DNA from: Macrostomum lignano
Lineage: Eukaryota
NCBI GenBank assembly: GCA_002269645.1
Contig: NIVC01000356.1
Location: forward strand, 1-64,000
DNA length: 64,000 nucleotides
Direction of reading: 5' to 3'
In this document: one piece after another, positions 1 to 11,209 of the stretch
Position numbering within the stretch: position 1 is the first letter of the stretch
Layout: each line of letters begins with the position of its first letter
Position numbers and translations under genes: made by a program
Notes under the pieces: model-generated
What the model was told of the DNA's origin: nothing
Seen by the model: only the letters and a program-made list of their open reading frames with translations
The model's database searches: none

Positions 1-1329
1 TTGCAACTATTACATACATTGAAAATATGCCAAACTTCCCGTTTCCATCCCACCTATGCCATTTAGTCCTTTATCGCGTTGACTGCAAATCTACAGGTAG
101 TCTATCTAGTCGTTTCGATTCACTATACTCATTTCAAATGAGTACTTATCTATAATAATGACTAGATGGATTATTTGTATTTTTTGGTCAGTGTTCATCA
201 ATACTCATTCAATTCAACATTGGTATTGCTCTTTGTCAGTCTTGGACATACTTTGACTATAATCTATACTATAGGCTAAGGCTATAACTATAAGCCTATC
301 TGCTATCTGTTGAATTTGGTAGGATAATCAATGAGCCTAACAATGCTAATTACTATACCTACTAGTACTAAAGTATCTTTGCTTTTGATTATCATATTTA
401 ATTAATGTACAAAAACCTTTAAAATATCTAAATTGAAGAATATATGTCAGTATGTGCCCTGGGTTTTTTAAGGTTGAAAATCCAGTTGCCAGCTAGCCCC
501 TGGGGCTCAAAATCCAGTTGCCAATGGCTTTTTTTGGTTGCCCATTGGCAACTAGCCTAGCCAAATTCTTGTTGAGGATAGATATTTCCAAGGCTACATA
601 TATTTGAAAAGCAGAAATTTGTTCTCTTAACTCTAAGATTGCTATCTATGCTGCAAACAATAACAAACTAACAATTCCATCATATAGATTTATATGGCAC
701 TTTTATTATATTTACAAAATCATTTTTTGAAAATGGCAACTGGCATAGGGGAAATGAAGTTGCCAGGTTGGCCTCTGATGCCAAAAATCCAGTTGGCAAT
801 AATATTTTTAAGGTATGGCCCAAAAAACCCAATATGTGCCCTTTGTACCATCTCTAAATTATATTGTTTTAAATATAGGCTAAGTTATTTAAAACTCTAT
901 AAATGTTGAAATGATACCAGAATGCCCAATTGGCTATCCTGTAGTTTTGCACGTTAAATTATTACCCACCCCCCCACCACCTTGAATAGAGGGCGAAATA
1001 ATTCCGTAAAATAATTTAACGTGCGAAACTACAGGATAGCCGCCCAATTATACATTTAATCAAATATTTTCATTTCATAAATGCAATTTATAAAATGTAC
1101 AATAAATAGGCATATAAATTATATAGCATTGTGTCATCTGTTACAAAACTTTCTGAAATCTAGTAAGTGAATAGGAAAATTCTGGGTTTATGAACTTTGC
1201 CAGCCAAAAATATGTAGTAAGAATTAAGAAAGAAAGGTATCAGGTAAGAATTTCAGCAGCTGTCTAATTTTAAATTTATAAATAATTAATAGCTATTCTA
1301 ACAACAACAACAAACTATGCAGCCCTGTA

Positions 1330-2035
1330 TGCAAGGTCACAGTTAGAGCAGGGCATGCCAGATGGCGACCTGCACAGCCTGAAAGTGGACAAAGCGTCGC
1401 ACAGCAAGCAGTCCACATATCGACAGGTTCCCGCCTGAATGAGCCCTGCAGCTTGGCCCGATCGTACAGGTACAGGGCCTCAGTCCCGACGCTCTCGTCA
1501 GCTCGAAAGGCCGCATGGAGCAGCCCTGAGTGCACCGAGTCCAACTGCCGCTCCAGCGTAGCCGTCAGCTTCCACGTCTCGGTGTTGTAGAGCAGGACGG
1601 TTTCGACCACCGCTTGCAGCGCTTTGCACTTGAGGACGACTCGGATCGAACGAAAGGCCGCCCAGGCAAGTCCTCTGCGCCGCCGGAGGTCCTCCTCCAC
1701 GTGTGGCACCAGACCGCCGAGGTAGGTGAACCGGTGGCAGCGTGCGAGCGTGGTCGTCTGCCCGTCTGCGCCGCGGCACATCAGGTCCGCTGGGATGTCG
1801 GCCGGCACAGTCAGCACCTCGATCTTCAGCGTGTTGACGATCAGACCGATGCTCGATGCCACCTCGACCAGCCTGTTGATCTGGCGCTGGGCGCCTTCAA
1901 CGGACGAGGACAGGAGGGCGCGAGGTCGTCGGCGTAGCCAAGCACGCTCAGGCGCTTTTCGCCGTGGCGGTGACGATGCTTCTGCGCAGCAGGAAGCCGT
2001 CGTCAGCCAAGGGGAGTGCGTCTTAGAAGTCTTAT
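1330..2035 (-). mobile_element. Degenerate 5'-truncated non-LTR retrotransposon (LINE) reverse transcriptase fragment
   Basis: GC-rich island. The minus strand at ~1922-1945 reads VLGYADDL (RT YADD motif), then a frameshift into ...LLSSSVEGAQRQINRLVEVASSIGLIVNTLKIEVL...FTYLGG...RRRRGLAWAAF...VLLYNTETWKLT, typical of LINE RT thumb/C-terminal regions. Confidence 0.85.
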
Positions 2036-2428
2036 AAGAGCTAAAGTATACTAATACTTTATTTAATTGATTATGCTGAATAAAAATAGCAACTAAATAC
2101 ATGTGGCTAAAAACAAGAGTATGCCTGCATATTTTGTTGCAAAATGACTGGAGCGCCCTTTCGCATTCCACCCAGCCGAAGATAAGGGGAGAGGGTCTGA
2201 GGGGTTTGTCTAACTGTCCTTTCTTGTCCTTTCTAAATATAGTACGCTCGTAATATGAATTATTATAATTATTAAAAACTAGTTAAAAACTAAAATTACA
2301 ATTTTAGGTGCTGAAATTCTGAGCTCCCAAAATTTCTTGAATAAGACTTTAAAAGCCTTTTTGCCTTTTCATTAGCATATTTATATTTATAAATATAATA
2401 TAGAAACCTTACTAGCATCCATGCTTGG

Positions 2429-2561
2429 GCGCAACCTTGGGATTCCCTCGGCCGTTTCTATCGGCAACACACACATGTAAGTCGCTATTGGACGGATCAG
2501 CCAATAGCGACTTACATGTGTGTAGCCAACAGAAACGGCCGAGGGAATCCCAAGGTTGCGC
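2429..2561. repeat. Long inverted repeat / hairpin (31-bp + 23-bp perfect stems, 9-nt loop)
   Basis: 2429-2459 is the exact reverse complement of 2531-2561; 2469-2491 is the exact reverse complement of 2501-2523; the loop is ACGGATCAG. Confidence 0.95.
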
Positions 2562-3171
2562 ATGTATGTCAAATACAGTATCTGTTCTGAGGGTAAGTGT
2601 AAATCTCGTGAATTTGCCAAAGCTTTTTTTAAACCACAACTTACTGCTTAAGTACACGTATGCAAAGATTTCTCAGGCTGAAACATGTATGTAATCAGAT
2701 CAGTGAATTTTTTTGAAGATTTAGTCTGATCAAACCTTTCTATTACATTAATTAGTTAATTTTCACAAGGAACCTTTTCCACCAAAAGCAGAAATTCAAC
2801 ATAACAATACAAACTAGAAACGGTAGTGTTTAGTGTGCCATGCAGTCAGTAAGTCAACTTTAACTGCTAAACTACAATGGCATGTGCAAGAACAAGATTT
2901 ACACTGAAGCTTGTCTATTTAGCGTCTATTAAGCATATAGTATTTAAACACTAGTATTATTATCTGATCGCCTCTAGACTATAGATACAATATATTGTAG
3001 TTAATTGGGAGAAACTACGGAAAAGACTAATAATTATCAGTAACTAAGCAACACACACACTTGTGAGTTCGAGCTAAACTTAAATTGTTGAATTCTGTCT
3101 GGAGGCCACAAAAACTATTTAGATAGGATGGGGCAAAGTTTCGAGTCATTCAGTATCTGAGAAGAAAATGT

Positions 3172-3690
3172 CTACACAGTCCACAGGTCCTTGACAACGC
3201 GGATGAATCCGACGTCAGTGTAGCAAAAGTACACAAAGCCGGCGAATCCGATCAAGGAGATGACCTTCCAGACGGCGTAGAGAATCTTCTGCAGCTGGGG
3301 TCCGTACAGGCGCTCCATGGCGTAGTCCTTGATCACCGCCTCGATGCCCCAGTAGACGTGCATGGTGATAGCCGCGCCGACGGCCAGGTTCATGGCCAGG
3401 CCGTCCATCATCAGCGCTGCGGGGTACAGCGGCAACATGCCGACTGTGAGCACTCGCTCCACTGTCCAGTGCTGCGACTTGCTCATCATGCCGCCGTGCG
3501 ATGCTTCGGGAATTGTCACCCGAGTCGGCTTCTCCTGCAGGCCCAGTACCCCAACTGATGGCGTGGCGTGCAGGCGGCGCTGCTGCTGCTGCTGCTGGAT
3601 GGCGGCGGTGGCTGATAGGTGCAGACGACCGCGCAGGAGCATCAGAGCGCGACCGCTGCTGGCTAGCGAGCCGAGTTTGCCTGTGAGAGC
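3172..3690 (-). CDS. SDHD: Succinate dehydrogenase cytochrome b small subunit (CybS)
   Basis: SKSQHWTVERVLTVGMLPL...TMHVYWGIEAVIKDY...YFCYTDVGFIRVVKDLWTV matches the SDHD pattern (HWTxER, heme His, DY quinone site, DVGI-like C-terminus). The exon appears to start at the acceptor TTGCAG|GCT at 3690; an internal ATG lies at 3642. Confidence 0.93.
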   Translation of the reverse strand, partial: ALTGKLGSLASSGRALMLLRGRLHLSATAAIQQQQQQRRLHATPSVGVLGLQEKPTRVTIPEASHGGMMSKSQHWTVERVLTVGMLPLYPAALMMDGLAMNLAVGAAITMHVYWGIEAVIKDYAMERLYGPQLQKILYAVWKVISLIGFAGFVYFCYTDVGFIRVVKDLWTV

Positions 3691-3811
3691 CTGCAATTGT
3701 TGCCATTGTTGATACGTATTAATACGTTTCTCGGGAGATTTTGTGGGATACCTAATGCACTTCAAGATTCTATGGGATTATAAGCTTTTAAACTTCAGGG
3801 CAATACCACTT

Positions 3812-4160
3812 AGGGCTGTGTGCACCCTGGCGCACTTTAAGCGACATAGGCACACAACCAGCGAGAGGCATTACTGCCCATTCCGCCGACTCCCCTGAGC
3901 AGGCACACAAGCGCGCGGATACGTACGCAGTCATACGCACAGGCACACACTCACACAGGAGTGTACAGCGGCCCTAACTTTATTTATCGTTAGGCATGTA
4001 CACTTCACTGTCCTTGGGGGTTGGCCCTCAAGGGTGTCAACTACACGAGCAGAGCCAAGCCGAGATTCCAATTCAGCCCCAAATTAATGTGATGACTGCA
4101 CTTGGAATCGAGCCTGGGCCGCTGGCACATTCCTGCCGCGCTGGACCACTGGGCTACGTC
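3812..4160 (-). mobile_element. tRNA-derived SINE, copy 1
   Basis: The minus-strand head has an A-box-like TAGCCCAGTGG and a B-box-like GGCTCGATTCC. The body (…GGCACACAAGCGCGCGGATACGTACGCAGTCATACGCACAGG…) recurs at 32.6, 57.3 and 58.9 kb. Confidence 0.85.
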
Positions 4161-4917
4161 CAGCCTTGGCCTAACCATAGTCCTCACTAACCATAGATTT
4201 ATGAAATGCTGTCACGGATATCAAGAAATGCTACTAAAAATAAGTAAGATACGTCATAAGCTCAACAGACAGACGCCTAAAGACAGGATAAATTTACAAA
4301 TAAAATTAACACTTTTTAGACACATCTTAATTAAGGAAACGATATCAAAACTCAGTTTATTATCTTAAGGTTACAAATAGAATGTATAAATAAATATAAA
4401 TATATGCATGAACATATTGCTTCGGTAAAATGAACAGATTAGTACAAGCAGCAGATAGAATATTGAAAAGCTGGAATATGGAAAGCAGTAGCTGGAATCG
4501 TCCTTCTAATGAATGGAATCAATGGATTCGCTTTATTTGGAATAATTCAGTTTCAAAAGATCAAAATTAAAAGAATTCGATTTTTAGTAATAAAAATCGT
4601 TGGATAATCATTATTAATGAGTGGCCATTCGAAACAGCTGTCTAATTGAGCTGTACTGATTTAAACAAATTCGAATTACAAACGCTAACCATGACGCGGA
4701 AAAAAATAAATTAAAATTTGGCAACAATAACAAATCGTTTTGGAATTTAATAACAATTCGACATTTCCGTAGTTTACAAGCCTTCCTGATTAGCTGTTTA
4801 AACTAGAATATGTAGAATATAATAATAATAATTACTGGCAAAAGCGAATAAAGTGTCGTTAGTACTTAGTCAGCAGATTCGGATGGACACTCTTCAACGG
4901 CTTATTATTAAAACCGA

Positions 4918-7900
4918 TCATTCCGCAGCTTTCTCGGCAGTGTCGCCGCTTTTGATCAAGTCTTTGTTGCCGTTCTGAAAGCAGATCAAAAGTTCAGAAC
5001 TGATGCTGAAGTATGATAATACGAGTAACTAATAACACATAATAAACACACAAAAACACTAAAACTTTATTTTTATCACTTCATTGCACCCATTGCTATT
5101 GCATCATTTCATCGCACCATTGCTATTGCATCATTTCATTGCACCCATTGCTATTGCATCATTTCATTGCACCCATTGCTATTGCATCATTTCATTGCAC
5201 CCATTGCTATTGCATAATTTCATTGCACCCATTGCTATTGCATCATTTCATTGCACCCATTGCTATTGCATCATTTCATTGCACCCATTGCTATTGCATC
5301 ATTTCATTGCACCCATTGCTATTGCATCACTTCATTGCACCCATTGCTATTGCATCACTTCATTGCACCCATTGCTATTGAATCATTTCATCGCACCATT
5401 GCTATTGCATCATTTCATTGCACCATTGTTATTGCATCATTTCATTGCACCCATTGCTATTGCATCATTTCATTGCACCCATTGCTATTGCATCACTTCA
5501 TTGCACCCATTGCTATTGCATCACTTCATTGCACCCATTGCTATTGCATCACTTCATTGCACTATTGTTATTGCATCAACTCATAGCAGTGATAGCACCA
5601 TCATGCATTACGCACCTCAGCGCCCGCAGCTGATGGCAGCTGTAGAAACGCGCCGACAGTGTCAACCTCGACTGCTTCAGAGAAGTCGTCCCCATCCTTG
5701 GAAAAACAAAAGTACATCTCTGATAAGTGCACGAGTACTTAAAATACTTGTACTAATTAAGTAGATAGAAAAACGAGATTAATCGAGTACATAAAACATA
5801 AAACATCTTATCAAAAAATGAACTGATTGGAGATAACCAAGAAAGCACATGGACATGGAGGGAGGAAGTGGGGGGTAGAATTGATAATATACTCACGCCT
5901 AGGTACGCATCATCTCGCATCAGGTGCGGTGGCACCACAGGCTTGCCATGGCTGCGAGCAGCAGTCTGCATCTGAGCTTTGAGCTCTGCATTGGCGTCAT
6001 CTGATATGTCAATCTCTTCATATTGTACATTCAAACTGTCCAGAATTCGCTTCACATATGCTTGACGTTCTTTGATCTAAAATGTGTATTTGCATAGCCC
6101 TGTTTATGAACTTAAAATTTATATTTGTAGAATGGAATACTTTTTTAAATAAACTACATCTAGCTTCTGACCTCTCAGCTTTGACATCTCAGTAAGTCCC
6201 CCTAAATTAAGTTAAAAGTGTCAATAATGAATAAGTAGTTCCATTCTATTTTTATAATTTTTTGTCTTTCCAAAACAATACTAAATTGGATTTTGTGCTA
6301 TAGTCTGTAACTTTCATAGGTTCCTATTTAGTATAGTTGCCAGAAAATAAAGTATCCTATAGTTATAGCCAATTATTGAATATTAGCAAGAGTTTCTGCT
6401 TTTAGTGCTAAAATGAAAACTTCCTCTCTTTTTAAATGTATTTTATTGATAAAAGTGGCCTCTAAAAATTCTTACTTGCTTTTTTTTCTATAAAACAAAA
6501 CTATATAATACATTATTATCATAGTAGTAGCCAATGTTGGGCACCATTAATGAAAATCTTAACTTCTGTTAATGGCAAACACATTAGCATCAAAACAAAA
6601 AAATCTTAACTTATTAACTCCTAATTTTGTTAATGTGGTGTCTGGCCTGTTGAGTGCTCTTGCACTTTTTGAGTTGTTTTTGCATGCACCCTAGGCGGCC
6701 ATCCCTAGACCAGTTCTGGCTGGTTGGGGGGGGGGGCACTTGGCCGAGCTTGAGTCTTTCCCTGCGACAGCCAATGATTGGCTGGGCTTGTGTTTTTGTG
6801 TTTTTCTTTTCTGGCCCACAGTCAATCAGATCTGCTTGGCGGGCATTATGATTGGCTGAGGGGTCATCTCTTTTGTTTGGCGTCTCTCTCGCGCTGTCTG
6901 CCCCTCTACCCTATTAATTGGTATATAGTGCTCAAGCCTAGCCCAGCCAGCTCCCTACTCTCCGCTCTGTGCCCCATGCCTAGCTTTTCAAACTAACCTA
7001 GCAATATTCAAATGAGCCATAAAGATGGTCTCTTATAGCAAAGACTCTAAATTTTGCATGCAATACTCAAGTGAGCTGTATCTATATGGTCTCTTATTGT
7101 GAGAACTCAATTGATTAGGAGCAAATAAAGCAGTCAAATGGTGGCAATAGTCAAACGAGCTCCATAGTTTGTGGCACCAATAAGACCCCAAGTTCATTTG
7201 CTTCTTTAGCTTTTCCGAGGCCTTGCTATAGCAGTGATTCCATAGCTAAAGCGTTATCATGCCTGTGACTGTGACCACTGCAGCATAGCAGTGTTGTATA
7301 TTGTGTATTATTGTAGTACTATACTGGTTACTTTATATAGTGTGTACAACCTGCAGTATCGAAGCTAGAAGTACTCGAGAGTGTCACCTCACCAGACTGA
7401 GCTGCAGCTTGAACTCTGAATGTCACAACACCAGAGTGATTGAACTATTATTGCAAAGTGTCATCACACCTGCTCATATCCATAAAAGTATGAGCGTATA
7501 GACAGAGCGTCACTACTCCTGTTATATTATATGTAACATATTTTACTCTAGACTGGGCACCCATACCAACCCGAGTTATGATGTTAAGTTAACTGAAAAT
7601 TAACTGATAATCATTAATGTGCAATAATCTAATAAAGTTAACATAGAAAATACAGAAATCGCATTTTTTCCTAAACAAACTTCATAATACATTGTCTTTG
7701 CTTTTTCATCTTTTTAGCAAAACACAGAGGTCATCCAAGCAATTTATACAAGCTAAAAAGGTAATAAAAATAATCTAAAAACTTATATGTATATTGTATA
7801 ATATTATTAAAAGTAAGCATACAATAAATGTAACTTATTTAGCAATAAAGCTCACAACTTTAATTTATTATTAAAGTTCATTATTAAGAAGTTGTTATAT

Positions 7901-10015
7901 TTTCATGATCATTGTCATAAACAAAGAGTTTAATTAGGCATTTAGATAAATTTAAATATGTTTGTAATGTTGTAACTTTTTTTAAACATATATTTTGCTG
8001 TTTTTTGCATCTTTAGTCATTGACATTGTCATTAATGTTAACAATGAATTTGTTGAAAGGGCAGATTTTAGGTAAGGACCCAAGAGGGTGGATGGGATGC
8101 AGCTCTATATTGTGGCAAAAATTCACTTGGTCTCTCTCTTGATTTTTTCTAGTCACTACCTAAAGGGAGAGCAACTGCTCCCTCCCTAGTTGCACAAGGG
8201 GGTTAGTTTATTTTTTATTTTATTTTTTATTTGTTATTTGCAATCCAGAATGGAATTCATGCACAAAAGTTGTTACGCATTTGTGCGCACTTGTCAAATT
8301 TGTGCACGCTGAAAAGGAGACTTCTTGCGCACTCTTAAGAAGTGTGTGCGCGCTCCATTGTATGCGCTTGCGCAAGAAGCTTTTTGCCACAGAATCACAG
8401 ACAGGATTTGACTTTTATATGCATTTAACATGGTTATGTGCCATGTAGCATGTGTGCTCAAGTTTTCCTACTTTTCATAGTCTAGGTTGTTTTTACGCTG
8501 GAAAATTTCAAAACAAAAATAAAACAAAGAATAATAGTTTTTAGCAAAAACAGTTACTTTAAAGTTTAGTAAAACTCTTATAATTTTTAAAGGATAAAAT
8601 TATAAGAATAAAGAATAAAAAAGAATATTTTTTCTAAAAAAATATAGTGTTCAAGCTACTTTACACTTGAAGTACAATTTTTTAATTTACATTGGCATAG
8701 AATTCAAAAACTAGAAAAATGAAATTTCTATTTTGGCGCATGGGTCATGATCCGCATTATGCTTATTTTTATAGCTGGCATGCACACTTGCGCGCTGCTA
8801 CAAAAATATGTGCGCCCATTTTCCTACCCCCAAGCAAGAATTCCATCCTAGTTTGCAATAAATGTTGTTTTACATGTGGTAAGTGGAATATGCAACCTTT
8901 TTAAATGAAATCATGCATTTGTAAGTTTTTTATAGTTGCTGCATTACAAAAATTAGTTGCTAAGTTTGACTTAGTCAAAAAATTATTATACAAATATGCA
9001 AGTTGGCTAAAAGGTATGCATATATATCCAAGTTTTTATTAGTATGCATGAAATATATCTAGGATTTTGTAAAAAAGTTCTATTAATTATTATAGCAAAT
9101 AAAAGTATTTAGGCTCTAAAATCCTTCTTTTATAAATGTCTTTTTTGCATATTGCAAAAGTGTATAATTTTTATATTTGTTAGACCCCATAGGCCTAGTC
9201 TAGATCATGCTAGGTGCATGCTCAAACAAAAATTGAATAATTATAAATGTATGCCAAAAAATTGTGCACACCCATTCTCAAAAATATACCACTGTTGCAA
9301 CAATAAATGAATTTTTTTACATTGTGACAATAAATGACCTTTTTTAAATTGCATAATAGACCCTTATTTGCAATATAAAAATCAACCAAGTAGATTATTT
9401 GGTTGATTTTTATGCTTTTTGGGCAATACTATTCATAGCAAAAATTGATACATACAAAGTCTTGTTTAAATGCTTCTTTATGAATTATGAGCTTGAAATT
9501 TATGCTTACAAATTAACTTTCTTCATTTTTTCTACTTCACAATAACTTTTATGCGTGATTCTATAAAGTGCATGCATACTATTTTCTCAAGAGTGATACA
9601 TGCCAATGCAACTGTGCATGCCTAATTTTGGCATGCAAGGCCAATGCACACCTGAATTTTCCGGCATATACTACATGATCTGGAGTGTGGGTTAGGCCTG
9701 CAGGAATAATAAATTTAAGAATGAAAAATGCATACAATTTTTCTATACAAAGTTGAAAACTTTTTTTAGTCCTGGTGTACAAATGTGGTTCTTTACTTTT
9801 TCCCCCACTAGACCTGGCATACACTAATACTAATAGTAATACTAAATCCAAATTATGCCTATGGCATGGGGTTTTAGTTTAGCCACTAGGGCCTACGTGA
9901 AAATTTCAGGCAAGCATTTGTAGCTCCATACAACAATAATATTGATTGGCAGATGAAAAATTAGACTCACCTTCATATTTCCAGAAACTGAGGAAACAAA
10001 CAACTTTAATGACAT
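4918..10015 (-). CDS. SH3BGRL: SH3BGR-like thioredoxin-fold protein, 4 exons, ~120 aa
   Basis: Exons 10015-9971 (MSLKLFVSSVSGNMK), 6076-5897 (IKERQAYVKRILDSLNVQYEEIDIS…PPHLMRDDAYLG), 5696-5616 (DGDDFSEAVEVDTVGAFLQL…) and 4974-4918. All introns are GT-AG phase 0. The last exon is less certain; read-through to a stop at 5601 is an alternative. Confidence 0.85.
5075..5580. repeat. 28-bp minisatellite (TTCATTGCACCCATTGCTATTGCATCAT) in SH3BGR-like intron 3
   Basis: Direct tandem repetition, roughly 17-18 units. Confidence 0.95.
8238..8858. mobile_element. Old MITE-like element with 25-bp imperfect terminal inverted repeats
   Basis: TTGCAATCCAGAATGGAATTCATGC (8238-8262) versus the reverse complement of 8834-8858 (TTGCAAACTAGGATGGAATTCTTGC), 4 mismatches. 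No TSD recognised. Confidence 0.45.
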
Positions 10016-11209
10016 AGCTTTGTCTTTGAAGGTGACTTAAATAATAGTGCAATTTATATCAATTGTATGCGGGTGTGCCTTGAGGCGAGGGGCTTCGCTT
10101 AGTAGGGTGGTCTGGGCACGCTCTTGCCTATTGCCTCTTATTACCAAAAATTGCAACAAATTAAACAGCAGTAGCCAATAGTAGAGCGTATTTTTTAAAC
10201 TATAAAAAAGCGCTATTTAAAGTCTACGAAAACGGTATTTGTACTTTAACAATTATTCAATTCCATCCGTGAGTTTAGAAAACGTTTCTCAGAACGTATT
10301 TTATACTTTAAAATCTCAAGAAATAACAAATAGTGGGCCGATAGAATAAAACAGCTGAGTAATAAACACATCTTGATCAGCGCCAATATCACTAATTTTA
10401 TTCTATGTGTTATCACACATATTTAAGGCTCAAAAATTTGATTTTACGTGTATGATACTGCCTGTCCGTGTAACAGTTAATCCGGCGCGTACGATGTGTC
10501 TCAACTGAGTCCAGGGTGCCAGTAGCTTGGCGCCAAGAGCAGAATATGTTTATGTCAACATATAAATATATTGTGAAACTAGTAAAATTACAGTAACAGG
10601 GGTGCCATGCAGCACCATAGGAGTTGCGCATAGATGGAAGTAGGAGCGAGGCTGCTTCGGCAAACACTTGTGCCAAGAGCATCTCGTGTCGTTGATTTCC
10701 GATGCCTCTGTGTAAGCTGAATACGCCCGAAAAATTTGTTTTAAGTTATTAATAGCCTAAATTGAATTCCGAACTGTAGCGAATTTTACTGGTGGGAGGC
10801 CAAGGGGTGAAATCTAAAGTTTACCCAAAAGTAATTAGCGAAACTACACTACTGTTCGTAAAAATTAAGTCTTATAAAGTATTGTCCTGCTCGAAACATT
10901 CTTTTAATGATTATGGGGTGTTCAACAGATCTCTCTCCACTCCATTAAACAAGACTCAAATCTCAGCTTCATACATGTAGGAGCAGGTCAATTAACTTAA
11001 TTAACAGCATCTCAAGAGGTACATGTAATTCACCTTTATTTGTCCCAAAGTTATCACATATATATGTAAAATACAGTTACATTCTATGCAAAACCTCTCA
11101 CTGCTGTATGATATTCTGCTACGAGCGTACAAGCCACAAGTAAGTATTATAGTTCTCTAGACGTTTATTAAAAAAGAGTTCTGTGGAAGAGTTTCTTCAC
11201 TAGGGAAAA

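Noticed and set aside
459-830. GGGTTTTTT…AAAAAACCC ends with internal AAAATCCAGTTG repeats, possible MITE
   Set aside because: The inverted match is only ~8-9 low-complexity bases and no TSD was found.
7264-7538. TGT…ACA-bounded 275-bp segment, possible solo LTR
   Set aside because: No matching TSD, no clear promoter or polyA signal and no second copy in the window.
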